Virus record (IMG/VR): IMGVR_UViG_2630968500_000002
Coordinates: 1-18,555 of that record
Reading direction: 5' to 3' (one strand)
DNA from: a virus
Taxonomy: Duplodnaviria > Heunggongvirae > Uroviricota > Caudoviricetes
Length of the DNA: 18,555 nucleotides
The position numbers and the translations under genes are program-made. The notes beneath the pieces were generated by a model. That model was not told the origin of the DNA. It made no database searches and saw only the letters and a program-made list of their open reading frames with translations. Shown here piece by piece: positions 1 through 7,247 of the stretch. Every line of letters starts with the position of its first letter. Within the stretch, counting starts at the first letter, position 1.

Positions 1-36
1 GACGTAAACCAAACCTTAATCGGGAGATACTGCACT

Positions 37-279
37 ATGAGCACTGATATTTCAATTCGTGTACCAAAAGAGATGGCTACGCCTGCAGAGTTCGCGGAAT
101 GGGAAGGTATCTCCCGCGGCTCCGTGTATCAAAAAATTCACCATGGTCAGCTTGCTAAATACATGGTCAAGAAAGAAAAAAACAAAGGCCGCGTAAGTCT
201 GCGTTATTTAATGTACAAAACCGATCAGGTCCGTGAATCCCTCGGTCATTCCAACTTCCGCGTCATTGTTGGTAAGTGA
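37..279 (+). CDS. Cox/Apl-like small DNA-binding regulator or excisionase (putative), first gene of the early lytic operon
   Basis: 80 aa ORF with GGGAGA RBS about 9 nt upstream of ATG; basic protein with a helix-turn-helix-like segment (AEFAEWEGISRGSVYQKI); lies immediately upstream of a CII-like gene, as apl does in phage 186. Function inferred from position and size only. Confidence 0.45.
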   Translation: MSTDISIRVPKEMATPAEFAEWEGISRGSVYQKIHHGQLAKYMVKKEKNKGRVSLRYLMYKTDQVRESLGHSNFRVIVGK

Positions 280-311
280 GTTCAATTATGAGAACTTTCT
301 AAGGGGATAGC

Positions 312-821
312 ATGTTTGATTATAAGATTTCCAAACACCCGCATTTTGATGAAGCCTGTAGAGCTTTTGCACTTCGTCACAATATGGCGAAGCTGGCAGA
401 ACGTGCAGGAATGAATGTCCAGACTCTGCGAAACAAACTCAACCCAGATCAACCGCATCAGCTCAATGCGCCAGAAATCTGGCTGCTTACCGATCTGACT
501 GAAGATTCAACGCTGATAGATGGTTTTCTGGCACAGATTCACTGCCTGCCATGTGTACCGATTAATGAGGTAGCAAAAGAGAAACTGCCGCATTACGTCA
601 TGAGTGCAACCGCAGAGATCGGGCGTGTTGCTGCAGGTGCGGTATCTGGCGATGTAAAAACCAGTGCAGGTCGTCGTGATGCTATCAGCAGCATTAACTC
701 TGTAACACGACTGATGGCGCTGGCTGCTGTTTCACTGCAGGCCCGTTTACAGGCTAACCCTGCGATGGCGAGTGCAGTTGATACCGTGACTGGCCTCGGT
801 GCTTCATTCGGTTTGCTGTGA
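312..821 (+). CDS. cII: Phage regulatory protein CII (186 CII / CP76-like)
   Basis: 169 aa ORF, same length as 186 CII as I recall it; N-terminal region MFDYKISKHPHFDEACRAFALRHNMAKLAERAGMNVQTLRNKLNP resembles the 186 CII family HTH region from memory; positioned second in the early operon. Confidence 0.65.
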   Translation: MFDYKISKHPHFDEACRAFALRHNMAKLAERAGMNVQTLRNKLNPDQPHQLNAPEIWLLTDLTEDSTLIDGFLAQIHCLPCVPINEVAKEKLPHYVMSATAEIGRVAAGAVSGDVKTSAGRRDAISSINSVTRLMALAAVSLQARLQANPAMASAVDTVTGLGASFGLL

Positions 822-828
822 GGTGCTT

Positions 829-1029
829 ATGCTTACGAAAGAACCATCATTTGCATCGCTGCTGGTTAAACAAAGCCCGGCAATGCACTACGGTCACGGC
901 TGGATCATGGGTGAGGATGGTAAACGCTGGCATCCGTGCCGTTCACAAGATGAATTGCTGGCAGAACTATCTACGAAAAAACGGGGGAACAAATGGCTAT
1001 TGAAGGCGCTGCGGCGACTGTTCCATTAA
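829..1029 (+). CDS. Hypothetical early protein (66 aa)
   Basis: ATG at 829 preceded by GAGGTG RBS; the ORF-track start at 799 has no RBS. Compact early-operon context. Function unknown. Confidence 0.45.
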   Translation: MLTKEPSFASLLVKQSPAMHYGHGWIMGEDGKRWHPCRSQDELLAELSTKKRGNKWLLKALRRLFH

Positions 1030-1334
1030 GCCCCGGTGAACGCCTGAATGGACTTAATCATATTGCGGAGTTAAGGGCGAAAGTTTTTGGTCTTAATATT
1101 GAGTCAGAGCTTGAACGGTTTATTAAAGATATGCGTGATCCACGGGATATTAATAGCGAACAAAATAAACGGGCACTGGCTGCCATATTCTTTATGGCAA
1201 AAATTCCAGCTGAACGTCATAGCATCAGCATTAATGAGCTGACCACTGACGAAAAGCGGGAGTTGATTAAAGCAATGAATCATTTTCGTGCAGTGGTGAG
1301 CTTATTTCCCAGACGGCTAACCATGCCGAATTAA
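993..1334 (+). CDS. Hypothetical early protein (113 aa)
   Basis: ATG at 993 preceded by GGGGGAA RBS; overlaps the previous gene by 37 nt in a different frame; no alternative in-frame start downstream. Confidence 0.55.
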   Translation: MAIEGAAATVPLSPGERLNGLNHIAELRAKVFGLNIESELERFIKDMRDPRDINSEQNKRALAAIFFMAKIPAERHSISINELTTDEKRELIKAMNHFRAVVSLFPRRLTMPN

Positions 1335-1401
1335 CCAACTAATGAAATTAATGGCGTAAACCCGCCGGGCATCCCTTTATCTAAATTCAGGAGTATTGAT
1401 T

Positions 1402-1635
1402 ATGCGTAATATTGAAACCCTCACGACTAAAACCGGACCGGATGACGCAGGGCTAAATATTTTACTGACAGAGGCTCGTCTGGAAGAACGCCGGGCAAGG
1501 GCTGAAGCAATGGCTGCCCGCCTTGATAGTCTTGCGTGTCATATCACATCCCGCCAGCTAAACCACGTCGAAGCGGCAGAACTGCTGCGTGTGACCGCTG
1601 AAGCAATCCAGAACGAAGCGCAGGAGATCCACTAA
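1402..1635 (+). CDS. Small early protein, DUF2732-like (P2-family conserved hypothetical)
   Basis: AGGAG at 1388-1392 followed by ATG at 1402; the ORF-track start at 1396 is TTG. Stop TAA overlaps the next start (TAATG at 1633-1637). Family assignment is from memory and uncertain. Confidence 0.55.
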   Translation: MRNIETLTTKTGPDDAGLNILLTEARLEERRARAEAMAARLDSLACHITSRQLNHVEAAELLRVTAEAIQNEAQEIH

Positions 1636-1862
1636 TGGCTGATGCAATGGATCTCGTACAGCAGCGCGTTGAAGAAGAACGCCAGCGCCATATTCGTGCT
1701 GCCCGTGCCAAAACACCGGGCGTGTCTCGCGTGCTTTGCATTGAATGTGAAGTGCCAATTCCGCCAGCACGCCGCCGCGCCATTCCTGGAGTGCAGCTTT
1801 GCATTACCTGTCAGGAAATCGCAGAGCTGAAAGGCAAACATTACAACGGAGGTGCTGTATGA
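1635..1862 (+). CDS. TraR/DksA-family C4-type zinc-finger protein
   Basis: 75 aa with two CxxC pairs (CIECEV ... CITCQE) in the typical DksA/TraR spacing; start overlaps the upstream stop and the stop overlaps the dam start (ATGA), indicating translational coupling. Confidence 0.7.
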   Translation: MADAMDLVQQRVEEERQRHIRAARAKTPGVSRVLCIECEVPIPPARRRAIPGVQLCITCQEIAELKGKHYNGGAV

Positions 1863-2716
1863 GCACCATCCTGAAATGGGCGGGAAATAAAACCGCAATT
1901 ATGTCCGAACTGAAAAAACACCTTCCTGCTGGCCCGCGACTGGTTGAACCTTTCGCGGGTTCCTGTGCAGTGATGATGGAGACGGAGTACCCCAGCTATC
2001 TTGTTGCGGATATTAATCCTGATTTAATCAACCTCTATAAAAAGGTTGCTGCTGATTGTGAATCGTTTATATCTCGCGCCAGAGTTTTATTTGAGATCGC
2101 AAACAGGGAGGTGGCTTATTACAACATAAGGCAGGAGTTTAATTACTCAACTGAAATTACTGATTTCATGAAAGCGGTATATTTCCTGTATCTCAATCGT
2201 CACGGTTACCGTGGTTTATGTCGCTATAACAAGAGCGGGCATTTCAACATTCCCTACGGTAATTATAAAAATCCGTATTTCCCTGAAAAAGAAATTCGCG
2301 CATTTGCAGAAAAAGCCCAGCGGGCAACGTTTATCTGCGCCAGCTTTGATGAAACGCTGGCGATGTTGAAGGCGGGGGATGTGGTGTATTGCGATCCGCC
2401 GTATGACGGTACGTTTTCCGGTTATCACACTGACGGTTTCACTGAAGATGACCAGTATCACCTTGCATCCGTTCTTGAACATCGGTCATCAGAAGGACAT
2501 CCGGTCATTGTTTCTAACAGTGACACATCCCTGATCCGTTCGCTGTATCGCAATTTTACTCACCACTATATCAAGGTAAAACGCAGCATCGGTGTGGCAG
2601 CTGGCGAGGGTAAATCAGCAACAGAAATCATTGCTGTTTCCGGGCCGCGCTGCTGGGTGGGATTTGATTATTCGCGTGGCGTGGATAGTTCTGCCGTGTA
2701 CGGAGTACGTGCATGA
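1859..2716 (+). CDS. dam: DNA adenine methyltransferase (Dam-like, GATC-type N6-adenine MTase)
   Basis: N-terminus [15 protein letters not shown]....LVEPFAGS and a DPPY catalytic motif (VYCDPPYDG) are hallmarks of Dam-family MTases. ATG at 1859 with GGAGGTG RBS; the ORF-track start at 1799 is an upstream extension. 285 aa. Confidence 0.85.
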   Translation: MSTILKWAGNKTAIMSELKKHLPAGPRLVEPFAGSCAVMMETEYPSYLVADINPDLINLYKKVAADCESFISRARVLFEIANREVAYYNIRQEFNYSTEITDFMKAVYFLYLNRHGYRGLCRYNKSGHFNIPYGNYKNPYFPEKEIRAFAEKAQRATFICASFDETLAMLKAGDVVYCDPPYDGTFSGYHTDGFTEDDQYHLASVLEHRSSEGHPVIVSNSDTSLIRSLYRNFTHHYIKVKRSIGVAAGEGKSATEIIAVSGPRCWVGFDYSRGVDSSAVYGVRA

Positions 2717-5127
2717 GTCATGCCGATATGAACAACTGCAGCGGCGTTAACGAGGTCGCCGCAGCATTCTCATGGAACAGCCCGAAAAAGGCTATTAACC
2801 CTTATCTGGACCCGGCGGAAGTTGCGCCGGTTTCTGCGCTTTCAAACCTGATCACTCTGTACGCTACCGATAACGAGCAGGAACAGCTGCGCCGCGAGGC
2901 ACTGAGTGATCAGGTCTGGGAGCGTTATTTCTTTAATGAATCCCGTGATCCTGTCCAACGCGAAATGGAGCAGGATAAGCTTATTAGCCGGGCAAAGCTG
3001 GCGCATGAGCAGCAGCGTTTTAATCCAGACATGGTCATTCTGGCGGACGTTAACGCCCAGCCTTCCCATATCAGCAAGCCGCTGATGCAACGTATTGAAT
3101 ACTTCAGCAGACTGGGCAGGCCAAAGGCTTATTCCCGCTATTTGCGTAAGACGATTAAGCCATGTCTGGAACGGCTGGAGCATGTACGCGACAGTCAGCT
3201 ATCCACTTCTTTTCGCTTTATGGCAAGCCATGAAGGGCTGGACGGCCTGCTGATTCTGCCTGAAATGAGTCAGGATCAGGTAAAACGCCTGTCCACCCTG
3301 GTAGCTGCGCATATGAGCATGTGCCTTGATGCCGCTTGTGGCGATTTGTATGCCACCGATGATGTTAAGCCAGAAGAAATCCGCAAGACATGGGAAAAGG
3401 TAGCAGCGGAAACCCTGCGACTGGATGTCATACCGCCTGCGTTTGAGCAACTTCGTCGGAAAAGAAACCGCCGCAAACCCGTGCCCTATGAACTCATTCC
3501 GGGTTCGCTGGCGCGTATGTTGTGCGCCGACTGGTGGTATCGGAAATTATGGAAGATGCGTTGCGAATGGCGGGAAGAGCAGTTGCGTGCTGTCTGCCTG
3601 GTCAGCAAAAAAGCATCTCCCTATGTTAGCTATGAAGCCGTGATGCATAAACGTGAGCAGCGCCGCAAGTCACTGGAGTTTTTCCGTTCTCATGAACTGG
3701 TGAACGAAGACGGCGACACGCTGGACATGGAGGATGTGGTAAACGCCAGCAGCAGCAACCCTGCGCATCGCCGCAATGAGATGATGGCCTGTGTTAAAGG
3801 TCTGGAGCTTATCGCGGAAATGCGCGGTGACTGCGCCGTTTTCTACACCATCACCTGTCCGTCACGTTTCCATTCCACGCTAAATAACGGCAGGCCCAAC
3901 CCGACCTGGACAAATGCGACGGTAAGACAAAGCAGCGATTATCTGGTCGGCATGTTTGCTGCATTTCGTAAGGCTATGCATAAAGCCGGGTTGCGCTGGT
4001 ATGGCGTGCGGGTGGCTGAGCCTCATCATGACGGCACCGTTCACTGGCACCTATTGTGTTTCATGCGCAAAAAAGACCGCCGCGCCATCACTGCATTACT
4101 GCGTAAGTTTGCCATCCGTGAAGACCGCGAGGAGCTGGGCAATAACACGGAGCCACGCTTTAAGTCTGAGCCGATAAACCCGCGCAAAGGAACGCCGACA
4201 AGCTACATCGCGAAATACATCAGTAAGAACATTGACGGGCGTGGTCTGGCTGGCGAGATCAGTAAGGAAACGGGTAAATCCTTGCGTGATAACGCTGAAT
4301 ACGTTAATGCCTGGGCGTCTCTGCATCGTGTACAGCAATTCCGCTTCTTTGGTATTCCGGGACGTCAGGCTTACCGTGAACTTCGCTTGCTGGCTGGTCA
4401 GGTGGCAAGGCAACAGGGTGACAAAAAAGCAGGTGCGCCGGTACTGGATAACCCGCGTCTTGATGCCATTCTGGCTGCTGCTGATGCTGGTTGTTTTGCT
4501 ACCTACATCATGAAGCAGGGCGGCGTACTGGTTCCCCGTAAATATCACCTCATCAGAACCGCTTATGAAATCAACGAAGAGCCGACCGCCTATGGCGATC
4601 ACGGTATTCGTATTTATGGCATCTGGTCACCAATTGCAGAGGGCAAGATCTGCACTCATGCAGTGAAGTGGAAAATGGTTCGTAAAGCCGTTGACGTTCA
4701 GGAGGCGGCAGCCGACCAGGGCGCTTGCGCCCCTTGGACTCGTGGCAATAACTGTCCCCTTGCTGAAAATTTGAACCAACAAGGGAAAGACAAATCAGCT
4801 GATGGGGATACCAGGACGGACATTACCCGCATGGATGACAAGGAGTTGCACGATTACCTGCACAGTATGAGCAAAAAAGAGCGCCGGGAACTGGCTGCAA
4901 GGTTACGCCTGGTGAAACCGAAACGGCGTAAAGACTACAAACAGCGAATTACAGACCATCAGCGACAGCAGCTAGTCTATGAACTGAAGTCCAGAGGATT
5001 TAATGGCAGCGAGAAAGAGGTCGATTTACTCCTTCGCGGCGGCAGTATTCCGTCAGGAGCAGGCCTGCGTATCTTCTATCGGAACCAGCGTTTGCAGGAA
5101 GATGATAAGTGGCGAAACCTGTATTAA
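2713..5127 (+). CDS. A: Replication initiation endonuclease A (rolling-circle Rep, P2 gpA-like)
   Basis: 804 aa; HUH-like motif VHWHLLCF and a two-tyrosine active-site motif [10 protein letters not shown] typical of P2 gpA / phiX174 A-type rolling-circle initiators; start overlaps the dam stop (ATGA at 2713-2716). Confidence 0.85.
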   Translation: MSHADMNNCSGVNEVAAAFSWNSPKKAINPYLDPAEVAPVSALSNLITLYATDNEQEQLRREALSDQVWERYFFNESRDPVQREMEQDKLISRAKLAHEQQRFNPDMVILADVNAQPSHISKPLMQRIEYFSRLGRPKAYSRYLRKTIKPCLERLEHVRDSQLSTSFRFMASHEGLDGLLILPEMSQDQVKRLSTLVAAHMSMCLDAACGDLYATDDVKPEEIRKTWEKVAAETLRLDVIPPAFEQLRRKRNRRKPVPYELIPGSLARMLCADWWYRKLWKMRCEWREEQLRAVCLVSKKASPYVSYEAVMHKREQRRKSLEFFRSHELVNEDGDTLDMEDVVNASSSNPAHRRNEMMACVKGLELIAEMRGDCAVFYTITCPSRFHSTLNNGRPNPTWTNATVRQSSDYLVGMFAAFRKAMHKAGLRWYGVRVAEPHHDGTVHWHLLCFMRKKDRRAITALLRKFAIREDREELGNNTEPRFKSEPINPRKGTPTSYIAKYISKNIDGRGLAGEISKETGKSLRDNAEYVNAWASLHRVQQFRFFGIPGRQAYRELRLLAGQVARQQGDKKAGAPVLDNPRLDAILAAADAGCFATYIMKQGGVLVPRKYHLIRTAYEINEEPTAYGDHGIRIYGIWSPIAEGKICTHAVKWKMVRKAVDVQEAAADQGACAPWTRGNNCPLAENLNQQGKDKSADGDTRTDITRMDDKELHDYLHSMSKKERRELAARLRLVKPKRRKDYKQRITDHQRQQLVYELKSRGFNGSEKEVDLLLRGGSIPSGAGLRIFYRNQRLQEDDKWRNLY

Positions 5128-5219
5128 TTACGCGGGTTAACAATTCGTGCTCTTAATAATACCAGGCATATCAGGCTAATGAACGTAAAAAAACGTTTTA
5201 CATCAGTAAGATTATTATA

Positions 5220-5239
5220 TACTGTAAATATAAACAGTG
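5220..5239 (+). promoter_or_regulatory. LexA operator (SOS box) upstream of the tum-like module
   Basis: TACTGTAAATATAAACAGTG read directly: CTGT, then an 8-nt AT-rich spacer, then ACAG. Matches the E. coli LexA box consensus TACTGT(AT)4ACAGTA; located about 42 nt upstream of the ATG at 5281. Confidence 0.7.
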
Positions 5240-5280
5240 GTTATGTATACAGTATTGCTTGTGGTGTCATAGGAGGAAAG

Positions 5281-5469
5281 ATGCAGGACTATTTTTTGGA
5301 GTCTTTGAAGCTCCAGCGCATTGATTTTTTTCTTAAGCTTGTAGCGGCTAGTGAGTGTAGTGATGAAGAGAAGGGGCTGGCTTTGCAGTGGGTTTCTGAA
5401 CTGACAGATGAACTCATGGCAAAAATCAGAACCCACGAATACAACCGCTCAATGGATGTCATCAGCTGA
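5281..5469 (+). CDS. Small protein (62 aa) cotranscribed with the DinI-like gene; possible N-terminal Tum antirepressor-like moiety
   Basis: ATG at 5281 preceded by AGGAGGAAAG RBS; the ORF-track start at 5179 would place the LexA box inside the coding region, so the downstream start is preferred. Acidic protein, no recognised domain. Confidence 0.5.
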   Translation: MQDYFLESLKLQRIDFFLKLVAASECSDEEKGLALQWVSELTDELMAKIRTHEYNRSMDVIS

Positions 5470-5479
5470 GGTGACCTTT

Positions 5480-5713
5480 ATGCGCATTGAAATAATGATC
5501 GATAAAGAGCAGAAGATTAGCCAGTCTACCCTGGACGCCCTTGAATCCGAGCTTTACCGCAATCTGCGCCCCCTGTATCCCAAAACGGTAATTCGCATCC
5601 GCAAAGGTAGCTCTAACGGTGTGGAACTGACCGGACTGCAACTGGACGAAGAAAGAAAACAAGTGATGAAGATTATGCAGAAGGTGTGGGAAGACGACAG
5701 CTGGCTGCATTAA
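5480..5713 (+). CDS. DinI-family protein (DNA-damage-inducible protein I-like; Tum C-terminal-domain-like)
   Basis: 77 aa starting MRIEIMIDK...LDALESEL...WEDDSWL, which aligns by eye with E. coli DinI (MRIEVTIAK...IDALAGEL...WESADDW); GAGGTGA RBS before ATG 5480; LexA box upstream of the two-gene unit. Confidence 0.8.
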   Translation: MRIEIMIDKEQKISQSTLDALESELYRNLRPLYPKTVIRIRKGSSNGVELTGLQLDEERKQVMKIMQKVWEDDSWLH

Positions 5714-5719
5714 GAAAAG

Positions 5720-5760
5720 TTGCTGGCGTCTGAACTTGGTTCTGGCGTCAGCAAGGTTGA
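5720..5760. terminator. Putative hairpin terminator between the convergent DinI-like and secreted-protein genes
   Basis: Inverted repeat TTGCTGGCGTC (5720-5730) / GGCGTCAGCAA (5744-5754), with an A-tract upstream on the + strand (equivalent to a T-tract on the - strand). Confidence 0.4.
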
Positions 5761-5872
5761 ACAACGAGTACAGTGAGGCGTTAGGTGTGGCGTTTATTTG
5801 ATGAGTGAACGCCCGTTCTGCGACAGGTTCGGAGATTAAGGTTGAAACTACGGGCAAAATACCATCTTTTTC

Positions 5873-6298
5873 CTACTTAATTGAGTCCAGTAACAAGTTA
5901 CAGTTACTCTCATTGTAGAGAGAACGAGCAATTAGTGTTACCTGCTTTCCATTCATTCCCGGCTTATCCCATAACACAGCTTCTTGCGACGCCACAAATT
6001 CAGCATAATCAATTATGCGTTGTTCGTGATCTGGTTCCTCATAGCCAAAGTATGAGAGCGCATCGTTGTAAGCGTGGTAAGCTGCTTTCTGTAATATCTT
6101 GATATCGGCTGTAGGTACTAGCTCCGTGTAGCTAGGATCTAATTGTGTGCTACTGCCATAGAATGCACATGAAAGGTAAGATATTGATTTCTGTTGAGCT
6201 TTAGTTCCTTTCTCATAGTTTTTAGCTGTTACCGCCTGAACTGGGACGCTAACAAAGCTTGTAACCAGAATTAAAATTAATACGTAAAAGCTTTTCAT
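5873..6298 (-). CDS. Secreted/periplasmic protein of unknown function (cargo/moron gene)
   Basis: 141 aa; N-terminal signal peptide MKSFYVLILILVTSFVSVPVQA with AxA-type cleavage context (VQA/VT); GAGGT RBS 5 nt upstream on the - strand. Low GC (21 G+C in the 60 nt at 6181-6240) against about 60% in the structural genes. Transcribed opposite to the flanking phage genes. Confidence 0.7.
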   Translation of the reverse strand: MKSFYVLILILVTSFVSVPVQAVTAKNYEKGTKAQQKSISYLSCAFYGSSTQLDPSYTELVPTADIKILQKAAYHAYNDALSYFGYEEPDHEQRIIDYAEFVASQEAVLWDKPGMNGKQVTLIARSLYNESNCNLLLDSIK

Positions 6299-6571
6299 TT
6301 TGACCTCAGCCGAAACGTTAGAGAGACTATCGAAATTTGTAAAACCCGTGGCGATTCAGTTTGAGATCCTCCCCCTTACATGATTTTTAATCAAATATAT
6401 GCTTTTGTAAGCATACCTGTTAACCGAATTATTTATTTTTAGAGATCTTCCGACATACTGATTATGCCCGCTGAGGAGTTCACCTTGCGTAAAGTCCGAT
6501 TCGCTTTACTCGTCTGTGCATGTCTATGCTGCATGAGATTGCATGATCGTTTGAGGATCGTTTTTGCTAAG

Positions 6572-6595
6572 GCCCCCCAGAACTGGCGGGCTTTT
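6572..6595 (+). terminator. Putative GC-rich hairpin plus T-tract (terminator-like) in the cos-proximal intergenic region
   Basis: GCCCCCCAG..CTGGCGGGC stem with one mismatch, followed by TTTT; could instead be part of the cos packaging region. Confidence 0.3.
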
Positions 6596-6640
6596 GCGTA
6601 GATCATGCTCCTGCATGAAAACCACTACATAAAGCGGGCA

Positions 6641-6659
6641 GGCGTGGCGGGGATACGAG
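6641..6659. other. Candidate cos (cohesive end) site of the P2/186-type phage genome
   Basis: GGCGTGGCGGGGATACGAG; the first 13 nt are identical to the 19-nt cohesive-end sequence of 186 as I recall it (GGCGTGGCGGGGAAAGCAT; P2 is GGCGAGGCGGGGAAAGCAC). Lies between the end of the early/accessory region and the portal gene, as expected for cos. Confidence 0.4.
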
Positions 6660-6738
6660 CGCGCGCAAACATGTTTACTTGCAATTAATGTAGATATATT
6701 CTGAAATTGATAACTTACACATGAAAGGAGACGTGAGA

Positions 6739-6930
6739 GTGGCAAAATATACACCGGGCCAGAAAGTAAAACATGCAACAGGACATGGTCCAATCATGGT
6801 AATTGATCACTACCAATCGGCTACAATGGCAGTTTGTACGTGGTTTATTGGTGCTAAGAACCAGCGCGGAGTTTTTCATGAAGATACTCTAGTTTTATTT
6901 GTTCCAAAAGCTGAGAGTGATGATGAATGA
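6739..6930 (+). CDS. DUF2158/YodC-like small protein (63 aa)
   Basis: AGGAG at 6726-6730 then GTG at 6739, which is better RBS spacing than the ORF-track ATG at 6721. Sequence AKYTPGQKVKHATGHGPIMVIDHY fits the YodC/DUF2158 pattern (GD.V.LKSGGP.MTV) as recalled. Stop overlaps the downstream gene. Confidence 0.55.
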   Translation: MAKYTPGQKVKHATGHGPIMVIDHYQSATMAVCTWFIGAKNQRGVFHEDTLVLFVPKAESDDE

Positions 6931-7189
6931 TTCTCTGATAAAAATAGTTGACTGGATGGTTAATACCACTCGTTCTAATGGTGTGTTGTATCAGTCCGAG
7001 GTTGTTGAATTTCTAATCAATGACTTTGGGGACGAGTTCATCAAAACTAATGAGAATGGTAATTACGCTATAAGCAGTACTGTGCTAGCAAATTTTAGAA
7101 AGGCTAGCAAAGACGATATAGTTTGGGATCGTGAACAGTTAGCTTGGCGTTTACGCAATGAAAGCGATTTACCCGGACGGATGCAGTAG
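6920..7189 (+). CDS. Hypothetical small protein (about 89 aa), translationally coupled to the DUF2158-like gene
   Basis: ATG ATG at 6920/6923 overlapping the upstream stop (GATGATGAATGA); no recognised domain; followed by a terminator hairpin. Confidence 0.55.
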   Translation: MMNDSLIKIVDWMVNTTRSNGVLYQSEVVEFLINDFGDEFIKTNENGNYAISSTVLANFRKASKDDIVWDREQLAWRLRNESDLPGRMQ

Positions 7190-7206
7190 AGATAATACAG
7201 ATAATA

Positions 7207-7247
7207 GTGAACAAGCTGATAATTTCAACTTGTTCACTTCTTTTTTA
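7207..7247. terminator. Putative bidirectional rho-independent terminator between the small-gene pair and portal gene Q
   Basis: Inverted repeat GTGAACAAG (7207-7215) / CTTGTTCAC (7229-7237), followed by TTCTTTTTT on the + strand; lies just downstream of the Q stop on the - strand. Confidence 0.6.

Noticed and set aside
799-1029. Longer 76-aa and alternate-frame 61-aa ORFs (799-1029, 818-1003) overlapping the end of the CII-like gene
   Set aside because: The upstream extension overlaps the CII-like coding region without an RBS; ATG 829 with GAGGTG is the more plausible start, and the 818-1003 frame is an alternate reading of the same segment.
3956-4602. ORFs of 73-168 aa on both strands inside the replication gene A (e.g. 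4096-4602 on the - strand, 3956-4177 on the + strand)
   Set aside because: They lie wholly inside a long, well-supported coding region in other frames, lack ribosome-binding sites and have low-complexity translations typical of shadow frames in GC-rich coding DNA.
5179-5280. Upstream ATG at 5179 as the start of the first tum-module ORF (96 aa version)
   Set aside because: That start would place the LexA operator (5220-5239) and the likely promoter inside the coding sequence; the strong AGGAGG RBS sits before ATG 5281 instead.
5408-5469. Possibility that the small ORF and the DinI-like ORF are a single frameshifted tum pseudogene
   Set aside because: The DinI-like ORF starts at its own ATG with a good GAGGTGA RBS and begins MRIE like full-length DinI, so two intact genes is the simpler reading. 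An ancestral fusion, as in 186 tum, cannot be excluded without alignment.
6524-6793. 89-aa - strand ORF spanning the cos-proximal intergenic region and the start of the DUF2158-like gene
   Set aside because: It overlaps the candidate cos site and the better-supported + strand gene, has no RBS, and its translation has no recognisable features.
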